Below are positions 48,140 through 61,156 of a stretch of DNA of 64,000 nucleotides, piece after piece. Under the pieces are notes generated by a model, which was not told where the DNA came from, ran no database searches, and worked only from the letters and a program-made list of their open reading frames with translations. Every line of letters starts with the position of its first letter. The stretch's first letter is position 1. Origin of the DNA: Gracilinanus agilis. Taxonomy: Eukaryota. The translations under genes and the position numbers were made by a program. The stretch is taken from assembly GCF_016433145.1 (NCBI RefSeq), contig NC_058133.1, forward strand, positions 327,845,335 through 327,909,334, given 5' to 3'.

Positions 48140-49765
48140 AATAAGAATAAAAGTGAAAGTGGCAGTTGATGGCTGGTCATTTTTACTCCACTCATCTTCT
48201 GCCTCTCTGAAGCACCTGACGTTGTTGATCATTCTCTTCTCTTCAGAATCTTGGGATACAAGTCTCTCCTGGTTCTTCTCCTACTAATCAGAATGCTCCT
48301 CCTCAGACTTTTTTGTTGGATCCTCATTCAGAGCAAACCCTCTAGCTGTTGATGTCCCATGACAGTCTGGCCCTCCTTTTTCCTCTTTCCATATTACTTC
48401 ACTTAGTGATCTTATCAGCTCCCATGGATTTAATTACCATCCCTATGCTGATGATTCTCAAATCTAAGTATCCTGCCCCAACCTTTCTACTGATTTTTTA
48501 ATCTTACATTTCCAACAGCCTTTCAGACATCTCGACCTGATTGTCTGCCAGACATCTTAAACTCAACAAGTCTAAAACTTAATTCTTATCTTTAGGAGGA
48601 AAGAGTTCATAACTGAATGGAGACAGTAAATAAACAAATAATTAGATATTATACATACATAAATGTGAAATAACTAAAAGAGTGAAGGCACTAGAATTTA
48701 GAGGAATTGGGAAGAGTTTCCTTATAGATGAGATTTTAGTAGGAACTATGAGGGTTAGTGAGTTCCTGGCCCCTCCTAACTTCCCTATTGTCAAGAGTAA
48801 AACCATCTTCCTCATGCTTTGACCTATTGCAATAACCTGCTAGTGCATCTATTGGCCTCAAATTTCTATCTACTCCAACTTATCCTCCATTTAGCCATCA
48901 GATTGACTGATTTTCCTCAAGTACAATTCCAGTCAACTACAGGTCATACTCCTGTCTCCCTACTCAATAAACTCCAGTGGTTTCTTATCACCTCAAACAC
49001 AAAATCCTCTGTTTGGTATCTAAAACCTTCGTAACTTACCTCCTCTTCTCTTTACAATCTTCTTATACTTTATTCCCTGATATATATTTTTTTCAATCCA
49101 GTGACACTGGTCTTCTTGCTCTCCCACAAAGAAGACACACTCTCTCTGCTCTGGACATTTTCTCTGGCTGTCCCTCATGCCTGCAATGTTCTCCCACTTC
49201 ATCCCCACCTACTGGTTTCCTTGGCTGCCTCGATGTCATTGCTCAAAATTTTCAGTCATGTCTAATTCTTCATGAACCCATTTTAGGTTTTCTTGGCAAG
49301 GATCTTGGAGTGGTTTACCATTACCTTCTCCAGTTCATTTTACATATGAGGAAACTAAGGCAAAGAGAGTTAAGTGACTTGCCTAGAGTCACATAGCTAA
49401 TAAGGACCTGAGACCAGAATTGAAATCAAGAAGATAAATCTTCCTTATTCCAAATCTGGTACTCTATCCATTGCACTACCTAGTTCACCAAGCTTCCTTT
49501 AAATTCATGCTAAAATCATGTCTTCTACAGGAAGCATTTCCCAATCCTTCTTAATTCTAGTACCTTCCTTATGATTATTTTGTACATATATGAATACATA
49601 TATACTTCATATACATTATAGATATTTGTTTGCTCATTGTTTTTTCTTATTAGACTTTGAACTCTTTAAAAGAAGAGACTGTCTTTTAGCTCTTTTTTGT
49701 ATCTCCAGAACTTAGTACAGAGCCTGGTACATAGTAGTTATTTAATAAATGTTTTTTTTCTGATT
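48140..49765 (+). mobile_element. L2 LINE, RT region to 3' end, interrupted by an opposite-strand L2 piece (about 48597-48750) and a MAR1 SINE (about 49235-49490)
   Basis: HGFNYHPYADDSQI with the RT catalytic YADD at 48444-48455; L2 tail cctggtacatagtagttatttaataaatg. Confidence 0.85.
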
Positions 49766-51646
49766 GATAGGATCTGGGCTTTAAACCCAGATGCTTATTA
49801 GCTATGTGAGCAAATTGCTTAACCTTGCTGGGTTTGTTTCCTAATCTGAAAAATGAAAGGGTTAGACTATTTGGTTTCTGACCTCAAAAATGTTCAAGCT
49901 CTAAATCCACAATTCTATAAAAGGATCATCAAATTGATAATCTAGATTTATGGAGGGATTTTCCACATTTGAATGTTTCTATTCCAATTAAATCACACCA
50001 CAAGACTACTTTTATCCTCCCAGTTCCCCAAATTAGCAATACAACCATGATTCTAGGATGAAGTAGAGAAATTCTCTATCTCTTTCCACTTTCTGAAGGC
50101 ACAGTCATTCTTCACACTAAACTACACTTTTATGCAGCTGAATTCTAGGTAGTCTCCAAACTCTAAAAGTGTATCACTACCTTTTAAAAACAGGACTATT
50201 GATTCAAATTCTTAAAAATTGGATTCTCTCAGTCTGTTTTTTTGGTCATCCTATAGTGTAGTAAGCTGGCCTACTGTTCTCCCAAGTGACCTGGGTTCAA
50301 CATCTGCTCTGCGGGAAGATTTTTTTCCTGGCTCAATAATTAAAATATAATGATCTTATTACTGTTAGAACAAGATGATTTATTCTTCTTTATGATGTAT
50401 TGATTTTTGGCACTGTGAAAAATTGGGGAGCATGATTCCATTCAATTCCATGGGGTTTGCAATGAGTCTAATATTACTTAATATTTTTAGAAATAATCAG
50501 ATTGAATTGGACAGTGAATCACAGTTAGGAGAGTTGGCTTGCACTGTGTAACAGAAAGAGGAATATGAGGAGGAGACTTGGGAAATCAGTGAAATGAGAG
50601 GGTGAGGAGATAGAAGGATAATTGTTTCAAACACCTGGGGATGTGGAATAAAATTTAGGCCAATAGAAAGAAAATTAGAAAATAAATTTCTAAAAACAGA
50701 CCAGGAATAAAAGAATAAATGGGTGGCACAGATATACACATAAAAGGAGCAGAGGCAAATATGAAATACAGACATAGAAAATTCATATGCATAAATCGAG
50801 AGATAATTCTTTCTCAAAATACACATACCTGGATCCATGTGTGTAATCATATCTTTTAAAATTAAAATTAACAAATTCAAAAGTTAGAGAGGCAGTGTGG
50901 TGGAAAGTAGGATGGTTTGAGAGTCAGAATCCCTTGGTTCAAATCCCAATTCTGCCACTTACCACATGTGGCCTTGACCAAATTATTCAGCCTTTCAGGC
51001 CTTAGTTTCTGTATCTGTAAAATGAGGGAGATGCAATAGATGATGGCTGAGGTCCCTTCCAACTCTAGATTTAGAGTCCTATGTTTGGGTCTTCAGAAAC
51101 TCATATATCCCTGTGGGTTTTGCACAGAGTTGCTGCTTAATGCATATTTGCTTCATTTGGGGCATTAAATTGACTCACTCTTTCTACCTCTGTCAAAAAT
51201 TAAAGTAGACCCATAATATGGATATGAATTTAGCAATGTCTTTTGCTCAGCAATCCAATTTGTTGTTAAACACTGCCTTTTTCCATCAAAAATTTCTCCC
51301 CAAAGAATATTTCTCCCTATACTCCTCATTCTCTTATCATCTAATCTTTTGCTCCTAGGAAGCAGAGAATGGTTATGATCAATGAATTCTCTATGCCAGT
51401 GAAATTATAAATCTAGTTTTTCTCCCTCATAAAATGACTACCCCAAGGTGTTACGAACTGAGGGCTACTGAAGACTTACCAAGCTACTATATGTTTGGAA
51501 TTACTCTTCAATATGAATACTCTGATGTTCCCATATGATATTTAAGTCAGACTGCTATCTGCTTTAGCAAATATCTAGAATGCCTTCCCTAACATACTTA
51601 GAATAGCTCTCAGCTCCTGAATATCACTTTTTAAAATTCCATTATC

Positions 51647-51827
51647 GGGGGGCAGCTGGGTACCTCAGTGGAGTGAGAGTCAGGCCTAGAGACAGGAGGT
51701 CCTAGGTTCAAACCCGGCCTCAGCCACTTCCCAGCTGTGTGACCCTGGGCAAGTCACTTGACCCCCATTGCCCACCCTTACCAATCTTCCACCTATGAGA
51801 CAATACACCAAAGTACAAGGGTTAAAA
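51647..51827 (+). mobile_element. Young SINE1_Mdo-type SINE
   Basis: Near-consensus with CpG retained; TSD aaaattccattatc at 51633-51646 and 51828-51841. Confidence 0.95.
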
Positions 51828-51841
51828 AAAATTCCATTATC

Positions 51842-52480
51842 AGATAAGGAAAAAGACATGCAAAAATATTTATAGCCACACTCTTTGTGGTGGCAAAAAA
51901 TTGGAAAGTGTGGGGATGACCTTTGATTGGAGAATGGCTAAACAAATTGTGGTATCTGTTGGTGATGGAATACTATTGTGCTCAAAGGAATGATGAACTG
52001 GAAGAATTCCATGTGAACTGGAATGACCTCCAGGAATTGATGCAGAGTGAAAAGAGGAGAACCAGGAGAACATTATATACAGAGATGGATATACTGTGGC
52101 ACAATCAAATATAATGGATATCTCTACTAGCAGCAATGCAATGATCCAAAACATTTCTAAGGGACTTATGAAGAAGAATGCTATCCATATCCAAAGAAAG
52201 AACTGTGGGAGCAGAAACACAGAAGAAAAAAATTGCTTGATCACATGGGTCGATGGGGATATAATTGGGGATGTAGACTCTAGACAATTACCTTTGTGCA
52301 AATATCAATAATTTGGAAATAGGTCTTGATCAATGACACATGTAAAACCCAGGGGAATTTCCTGTTGGCTATGGGGAGGGAGGTGTGAAGAGGGGGAGGG
52401 AAAGAATATGAATCATGTAACCATGGAAATTTTTCCTTTATTAATCAATAAAACTAAATTAAAAAAAAGAAGATAATTTA
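51842..52480 (+). mobile_element. 5'-truncated L1
   Basis: IGEWLNKLWYLLVMEYYCAQRNDELEEF..., 3'UTR and A-tail; TSD aaaattccattatc at 51828-51841 and 52481-52494. Confidence 0.93.
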
Positions 52481-54218
52481 AAAATTCCATTATCTGAAGA
52501 TAGAGCAAACTTACTATCACCCCAACTCTTACTACCAAATGACCAAAGAAGCCAAATAATTACATCTTTCCAAAGATAAATGGCCCTTACTCTATTTGCT
52601 AATTGAGTCAGTCTAGCCTTGGCATCTTTCATGGTTCAAGATGGAAGTTTAGAATGCCTTCAACACCTCCATGTCCAGGAAACTCTCCTGTAGGGTAAGT
52701 GAGCTAAAACCTCTCAGACTTTGGAGAACCAAAACAAAGGCATTTGCACTACAGTTCTCTGGGGTTTGACTACACTTTGAACCACCACAGATACTCCAGT
52801 TAATTCTCTCTGGGCTATGTTTTGGTGAGGTGAAGGAATCAGGGAAGTAACAAATAAGGAGCAGAGTTGTGCTGGGAGGCTCCATTAATAGAATCCCACT
52901 GTGTCAGGACTGTGTAAGAGCTGAATAATTTGTTATAAGACAGTTGAAAGGTCAATTCTCTAACATGCCGGAATAGGCAGCAGGCTTCCCAGGGAGAACA
53001 GATCCAAACTGCTCATGGTTTTGATGAAAATATTATTGGCACTCTATTTCTGTCATGGAGCATCGAATCCAATTCCAAACCGGATCCAGACGTTACTGTG
53101 TTTTTGCCCTCCCCTGCTGTCGTCTCTTAACGATTACTGATATTTCAGAAACAGAAAGTATTTCCTCAATTATCATTTTCATTAAAAACATATCATAGAA
53201 AAATGCCTCTCTTACATTATTCTTTTAATCTTCTTTTCTATTGAATTTTTTTTTTCAGTTCCAGTGGGAGCCTGCTATTGGCAGTGATTCCTCACTGTTG
53301 GATTCTGGTTAAAATTTTCTTCCTTCTACTTCTCTCCAAGACTTTGTATATCCTTTGAGGGTTACACAAAACCTATGAATATCCATGTATATGGTAATAA
53401 TGAAGTTGGGAAGTTGTAGCATAGCATACAATTCTTAGCTTAGCAATTATCCACAGATTCAAAACAAAGTAATGCTGTGGGATAGGTCAACAAAGCAGGC
53501 TGGGTTATGGGGAGGGGGGTCAGAGATAATAGGAATAGGAGACAACCCTTTTCTTCCCTGATACTTATTGGAAGTTAATAGAAAATAGCAAGATAGTTTT
53601 GGAATCAGAGAGCTGGTTTCAAACTCTAATTCATTCACTTACTAGCTGTATGGTATTGGCTCTTAGTTCCCATATCTGTAAAGGAAGAGTGTTGGACTCA
53701 ATGGTCTCAAGGGTTCCTTACTTCCTACCAGCAGGAAGCTCTTCTGTGTCTAATTTAAGGCTTTTTTTTCTTTAGTTTAAGTCCTTTTCCTCCTATTTCT
53801 GACCTTAGTAAGAGTTGGAGAAAAGCTATTCACATAGAAGACCCTTCAGGTTTGTTTTTTTCCTTATCCAGTTGGGTTTACCTTACTTCACTTGAGCTTT
53901 CTTCTCTGCATTTATCTTCCAACTCTTTTCTCATCTTTATAGTTCTTTGAATTCTTTCTGGGTCCTTAACATTCTTCTTAAGTGGCAATTCTAAATTGGC
54001 ATATTTTTAACAAGACTCTAAATTGTGCCAAAACCAATGGGATGATTATCTGTCAATAATACTTCTTAGAATAATGTTTCAGTTTATAAAATAAATATAT
54101 AAGATATCCCCAAAATGCTATATTTTGCTCATCCAAGTTCCCAGACCTCCTGAAATCTACCCACTAATCCTTTAGAAATTCCTGGCTAAGGAAGCCCATG
54201 TTAAGAATTCTTTCACTA

Positions 54219-54405
54219 GGGGCAGCTAGGTGGCTTAGTAGATAGAGAGCCAGGCCTGGAAACAGGAAATTCTGGGTTCGAATGTGGCTTTAGACACTTC
54301 CTAGCTGTGTGACCCCGGGCAAGTCTCTTAAGCCCAACTGCTAGTTCTTACAGCTCTTCTGCCTTGGAACCAATATTTAGTATTGATTCTAAGACAGAAG
54401 GTAAA
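54219..54405 (+). mobile_element. SINE1_Mdo-like SINE
   Basis: ggggcagctaggtggcttagtagatagagag...cttctgccttggaaccaatatttagtattgattctaagacagaagg. Confidence 0.88.
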
Positions 54406-55344
54406 AAAATTCTCATCTAGGTCTTTTTTTTTCAGTACTTATTGTATATTTGGCTATTTTTAAAAAATTTCTTTAAATACAGCTATTCTTCGGTGTTTGG
54501 TTCAAGGGACTCTTTTCTTACATGTTTCAGAAAATCCAGGGCAGTGTTTTACATAAATTTTGTAACTTGTAACACAAAAGAGATACTTAAGACAAATTTA
54601 TTGAATAAATAAATGAATAGCATTGAATATTAGTCTTTTCCCATTAAATGTTAATCAGTCTCCCCTCTATAAGCTTAAATGACAAGTTCAAAGTTTTCTC
54701 TCTAGTATATGATCCAGGTCAATGATATTTGTGGCAAATGACATTATTCAAGAGTGAGCTTAGACTGCAATGATATCTATTTCAACTTTTTCTCATCCAT
54801 ATTTAAAATGTTTCCTATATTAAACATATAGATAAGAAGACAGAACAGAGATGGAATCTATTCTGATTGAGGAAGTACCTACCCAACAGATGTAATGAAG
54901 AACTGATGTAGTTTTAGAATATCATTTACCCTTTAGGATGAACATTGTTCATTAGTTCTTTGAAAATGAACTAATTAAAATAATCAATTTTGTATCCATG
55001 TGCCAGAGGTTCTCACGTGACACACAAGCCCAGGCATACTTTGGGGGACTTCTTTTTTTTTTACTTATTACCTCCAACCAAGCCAATTTGAGAAACAAAT
55101 TCCCTTTAACTACCCATTATGCTGTAATTGATTGTTTTAAAGTACAAGGTTCACAATTCTCTCAAAGAATGAAAATGTTATTTTTATGTTAAAGAAAATA
55201 AATAATAGTTATAATAGAGCTCATGGGAAATACTGATACACACCTAAGAGTAATTAATCCCAGAGTCTTATAAAACTTCCATTAGTAATCATGTGAGGTC
55301 ATTAGTGAGACCTAGTATGTATCTCCACAGTACATATCTCTTGT

Positions 55345-55825
55345 TTTTTAAGTCAATACAATTTTTAATAATTATTTTTTTAAATTCTGTGATTCATGTT
55401 CTCTCTTTCCATCTCTCTTTCTCCTACGTCCCTCTCTTCCCTTCCCTTATCCTTGAAATGGCAGGTCATATGATAGAGGTTATACAAGTACAATCATGCA
55501 ATATCTATTTCTATCTACATCAAGATGAAAGAAAATATATGTAACTTATACAAGAAAAATTCATAAAGGAGATAAAGTGAAAAATAATATGTTTCAATCT
55601 TCATTTAGACTCCATTAGTTCCTTCTCTGGTGGTGGGTAGCTTTTTTAGTCTCTTAGAGTTGTCTTGGATTCTTGTATGCTAATAATACTCAAGTCATTC
55701 ACAGTTGATCATCATACTTTATCGCTGTTGCTATGTTTAACCTTCTGTGGGTCTGCTCACTTCACTTTGTATCACTTCATATAAGTCTTTCCAGATTTTT
55801 TTAGGATCATTCCATTTGTTATTTC
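55345..55825 (-). mobile_element. Old marsupial L1 3' fragment
   Basis: aatcttcatttagactccattagttccttctctgg...gtcattcacagttgatcatcatac. Confidence 0.8.
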
Positions 55826-57070
55826 TTTTGGTATCCCTAGCACTTAGCACAGCACCTGGCAAATAGTTGGCACTTAGTATATATGTATTAACTCTGAATT
55901 ATATTAAAGTATATTGAAGCATATTCAAAGCAAGAAAAAATTGAGGGGACAAGAATACATTCATTAGAAGATGAGCATAATTGACAGAGATGGTTTTCCA
56001 AGTAATATTCTGTGAAAGAAAGAAGAGAAAGAAGAAAAAAGAAAGAAGACAAAAGGATGTATTAAGTACCTACTGTATGCAATGTCCTTTGTTGTAGGGG
56101 CATAAACAGAAAAGCAAGGCGCTATACTCTCGAGAAGATCATATTCTAATGGGAGAAAAAACACATAAGTGACAGTTCAGCTGGAGGGCAGATGGAAAGG
56201 CTCGGTGCTCTTTAGGCTATAATGGAAGGGGTGATGGAAAAACTGGGTGGTCTGGATGGCAAGAAATCCAATTTGGCTAGAGTATAGAGAGGTTCTTAAT
56301 GAAGACACTGAGGGATTGGGTCAGGACATTGGTAAAGAAGCTGAAATGTCGATGTTTTAGTGGTCAAATAAAATCTAAATATTGCATTCTTTAAAATAGA
56401 GATAAGCAAATATATGTATATACATAGTACCCCCAAATAATATCTCATATTTCTGTAAAACTTAAAGATTTTCAAATAATTTTTCTCACAACTTCTTGAA
56501 ACAAGTGAATATGTGTATTATAATATCCACTTTACAGATAAAGAAATTCAAGATGCTTTGACATCAATTTACTTGACCAGGGTCATGGAACTATGAAGGG
56601 GCACAGCTGGAAGTGTAACTCAGGTCTTCTAACTTGAAGTCTAGTGTTATTTATAACACTACAACTACCTCTCAGTAATTAAAAAAATTGTGCATCATTT
56701 TATGACTGACAAAGCAATATACATAAATTTGATATCTATGTTATAACTGAAGAACCACTGAAAGGAGGCAAACTCGGATTTCTTCTAAGCCTATAGGTCC
56801 TATAGAAGTGCTGGTACAAATGAGGGGTTTCCCTTTGTATGATACTATCTAAATACTGGGATAGAAAGAAATTCCCTTTGACTAACATGGAATTAGAGAA
56901 GAAAGAAAGACATGCTTGAAAGTTGAAAAGGCCAAGGTTTTTCACATTATTGGGTGAGCTTCTACAGAAGTCAAGGCTGGCTGAAGCAATAGTCAAAGAA
57001 GAGCAGTTAGGGATAGATAGTGGAAATTAAATGACTTGCCCAGGAATTGTCTGAGGCTAGATTTGAACTA

Positions 57071-57613
57071 TATAAGGGAGTGAGCCCTAGGCAGAGGAAG
57101 CTCATTCTGGGTTTGTGTCTAAGGGTGGTGGAAGGTCTGGGCAAGACTCTCCATTGAATCCTAGTTGATCCATACTAGAAGCACCATTAGCCTATTTCCT
57201 GCTGTTCTGATTCTAGCTGTGTCAGTCAGTTCCCACATTAGCCTGATCTCTGCTGCAGTTATAAATCCTATTCACTGAATCCAAGATTTAGCAACACCAA
57301 ATCACTTCAGAAGATCTTCAGTCAACATTTTATATCATCCTACTAACCTTGTTCATTTATTTATTTAGTTTAATACTTAAGGCAGAAGTTAGGGAGAGAG
57401 AGGAACACAGTGAAGAGGCCTAACCCTGTTGGGGATGAGGCCAGCCTCTGGTCCATCTTGATTAGTTAACAGATATCTCTTCATCCCTCTTACTCAACCT
57501 TTCAATCCTATATCCAATGTACCTTCCCTGATTATACCTTCCCTAATTAATTAAAAGAAGTTACTTTACTGTTTCAATAGCCCTTGGATTATAAAATTGA
57601 ATAGGCCATAACA
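57071..57613 (+). mobile_element. Solo LTR-like element
   Basis: Interrupts a CORE-SINE fragment; starts tataaggg (probably a decayed TG), attaaa signal near 57550, ends ...ggccataaca. No TSD found. Confidence 0.5.
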
Positions 57614-57624
57614 TCTCTTACTCT

Positions 57625-57966
57625 TGATAGAATCCTTCCTTCACACCAAGAATTGACAGTTGGTGGTGGGGACCTTTATTATTGGGAATCCTGATGATTT
57701 CCTTATATATCCTCATCAGGGAATCACACCCTGATTGCCAGTAATATCCTTTCTAGTGGAAGAACACCTTCTCCCAACCAAACCATCAGGTTGAGAGAGA
57801 TTATATCAGCTTCCCTCTGTAAAGCCATTGTACTGTGTCCCCTCTGTAAGGACCAGTTTAACCAACTTCTTGTGGGAGCTTAACAGCTGTTGTCCTAAAG
57901 ACTGCCTATCCCCCTCAAGAGGTATGAGAGGCTATAATCCAACTTCAGCCCTGAATCATGCTTACA
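57625..57966 (-). mobile_element. Solo LTR-like element
   Basis: Minus strand: TGTAAG start, TATATAA (57709-57703), AATAAA (57680-57675), ends ...ggattctatCA. No TSD found. Confidence 0.6.
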
Positions 57967-58019
57967 GATTTTAATGGTTAGAAAGTCTTTTATATAAATT
58001 ATCTCATTTGCTAATACTT

Positions 58020-58385
58020 TTTCTTAACCCTTACTTCTATCTTAGGATCCATACTAAGTATCAGTTTCAAGGCAGAAGAGTGGTGGCAATTGGGGCTAAG
58101 TGACTTGCCCAGGGTCACACAGCTAGGTAATATCTGAGGTCAGATTTGAACCCAGGACATCCTGACTTTAATTCTGGCTTTTTATACACTTATTTCCTTC
58201 TTACAACCTTGTATGTAGCCTGCTTTATATATTTCCTTGCATGTTGTCTCTCCCCTTAGCCTGTAAGCTTCTTGAGAGCAGGAGCTGTCTTTTGTCTCTT
58301 CTGGTATCCGCAGCTCTTAGCACAGTACAATTAGTAGACAATTAATAGTAGTAGATAATTAATAAATATTTATTGACTGATTGAT
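58020..58385. mobile_element. SINE1-like fragment (-) followed by an L2 3' end (+)
   Basis: gtgacttgcccagggtcacacagctagg; then cctgtaagcttcttgagagcagg...aataaatatttattgactgattga. Confidence 0.8.
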
Positions 58386-59639
58386 CACTAAGAATTATTT
58401 CACTTCAAGCAAAAATAGTTGGAGGAGTAGCAATAGAATGTTTTAGCCATGGATTAAGTTACCCTGAGGAGGAGGTAGCCTGCCCTCAGAAAAGTCTGTA
58501 TCTCACCATGATTAGGGTTAAGAAGAAAGAGAGTGTCTGGGAAATGTGGTAGCTTGATAATTGGAATCTGAACTGGTACTCCAAGTCAATTATGTCCTGT
58601 ATTGGTGTGTAACCATGAAGGACAACAAGGCATGGTAAAGATGTTATATAACTAAATGACAAGCTTATCCCACCCACCCACCCCCACCATATGTCTCTCT
58701 TTTCTGGGAAAGTTCTATTTATGTGAAGCTAGCTGTTTCTCTGAAGGTGGCAATGCTAATAAGAGGTATTATCCCCCTCTTAACAAATGAAGAAATTGAA
58801 GCCTTCCTAGCTCATTAACATCAAAGGCAGCATGCTGCCATAGATAGAGTGAAACACTTGAAGCCAGGAAGACCTAGGTTCACATCCCACCTATGAGATT
58901 TACCTGCTTTGTGATCTTGGCATTTAACCTTTCTGAGACACAGTTTCATCAGTAAAATGAGAGACAACTATATATGACCTCTATAGCCTCTTTTGGACTT
59001 AAATCTATGATCTATGATCAATAAGATTTAAACTCAGATCAGTCATGAATACAGAACTCTTTCCAGTTCTCTGTGATGCCCCTCAAAAGAAGTTATAAGA
59101 GGCAATCAATAGATAATGCAAAAAGTAATGCTTCATTGTGGCTCTGGAGAAGGACTTTACAGAGGGTCCCACAGAAGAATGAAATAAATGCAAGTGAATA
59201 TAATAAATGGCTCCATAAATATCATTTCTGAAAGGAAAATCCATGAAGCCAGAATGATTACTCTTATTCAAATAGCCAAGGGTGTGACTTAAATTGGGCA
59301 GGAGGTCAGATAAACTACTTTTTGCTAATAAGCAAAGGGAAAATCATACATTAAAATGAAATGAGTGTGTTGGAGTAGTATGTGCCATAGGAAGGGGAAA
59401 TCCTCTGGTAGGATTAATATTCTCACACTGATGAAAATTAGTGAAGAGTTTCTCAACTGGAATTAGACTTAAGTCTTCCTCTTCCTCTTATTCTCAATTC
59501 ATTTCTTTTTCTGTGAATACTTTAATAGGTAGAAATATTACTTTTCTTGACTTGATTTTTGGCACTCTTATCTTTTTTTTCATGCTACTTACTAATCTCC
59601 CCCTGAAATTAATTTTTTGATGCCAGGACATAGTGCCCC

Positions 59640-59915
59640 ATAGAGAATTAGTTGTTCAGGGTTTTTTTTTCAGTTTTGTCTTACCCTTTGTGACTCCATT
59701 TGGGGTCTTCTTGGCAAAGATATCGGGGTGGTTTGTCATATCCCTTCTCCAGATCATTTTACCTTATGAGGAAACTGAGGCAACAGGGTTAAGTGACTTA
59801 ATAGGGTTGTCACACAACAAGAAAGTGTCTGAGGACAAATTTGAACTCAAGAAGATTCATTTTGCTGACTTTAGGGCCAGAACTCTATCTACTGTGTCAC
59901 CACACTATCTATCCC
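59640..59915 (-). mobile_element. MAR1-type CORE-SINE
   Basis: tttgtgactccatttggggtcttcttggcaaagatatc...tttgaactcaagaagat. Confidence 0.88.
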
Positions 59916-61069
59916 CCTTAGATTATTAACTAAGTGAATCTGAATTAACACAGGCAGAGAAGGAGAGGTAAGTAGAGTGGATGGGGGAATGGAGGAGGAA
60001 GAGAAACATGCATATATCTCGGATAATTCATCCCTATGGTTTGTCCATCTTAAAATCTTAAACTTTTGATGAATTGGTGTTTTCAGTTCTCAAGGGGCAT
60101 TACAATAATTTACAAAGGGTCTGTTTGTGATTTGTGTTCCATGTTTATTGAAGCTGATATAAAAGGTAATGCTGAGGACTTAAACCCTGGGGCTTTGGCA
60201 AATAACCACCATCATTGGGGAGGAAATGGGTGGCATGTAAGTTGTCAAGTCTAATTTCTCTTCCACTCTGAGAATCTTATCCATACTTTTCTTATTATAC
60301 CTCTCACAGTCACAAAACTATTTCACACATGAAAAGGAAAGGAGAATATTAAATTACTATCTCAAGATAGAACTAGAACAATAATGGTCATTTTGGTTTA
60401 AGAATGTAAAATAAAAAACATTTTTCTGAACCAACCTGTCATAGAATTATTGGACTGTTTGACCCATACAGCTACAGAGAAAAATACTTTGTAAAACTTA
60501 AAACTCTGTAAATGTGATTGTGTGTTGTTTGTTTTAAAAGGCTTAAATCAACTTTCATTTTTGTATACATAAGTGTGGATACTTACATGTCTATATAAAT
60601 GTATATACAATTAGACCCAGGTTCAAACTATTATATAAATAATCATTTCTTCAAGGTCATAAGTCCAAGCCCCTTCCTTTGTATCTATGTACTAGGCCAT
60701 ACCATAACACACAAATCAGAGCAGGCAGTCAATGAAGCAGGATAAAAAAGTAAATAATAAACAATTGAATGAGTTGTAAATATTCTCCCTACCATGTGGC
60801 TGCCAACTCCAAATAGCTCCAGAGGAGTTCTAGTCAACTTCTCAATTAACTCTCTGGTCTTCCCAACACAAGAGGAAAGGAATATAGGCATGTCATCATG
60901 GCACCATTGTTGAAGATTAGATTATCCCATTGCAGACACATTGAATACATGTCCTAAACCCTAAATTCTTTTCTCTCATTAAAGGGAGTTTCCCTTTGAA
61001 AACTGTACATAGAAAAAGAATAAGCCTAGAAACACTAAGGAGTTCTATACTGTGCTGTTATAGATAGAT

Positions 61070-61116
61070 AGATCAAAAATGGATGGATGGATGGATGGAT
61101 AGGTAGACAGACAGAC

Positions 61117-61155
<39 letters not shown>
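61070..61155. repeat. (GGAT)n(AGAC)n(AGAT)n compound microsatellite
   Basis: Direct reading. Confidence 0.95.

Positions 61156-61156
<1 letters not shown>

Noticed and set aside
48977-49396. 139-aa ORF, and the 129-aa ORF at 16548-16937
   Set aside because: They run through L2 and MAR1/RTE relics; chance open frames.
53100-53140. Minus-strand VIVKRRQQ resembling the ERBB2 juxtamembrane KRRQQ
   Set aside because: A stop follows within a few codons and there is no transmembrane segment or ERBB context; coincidence.
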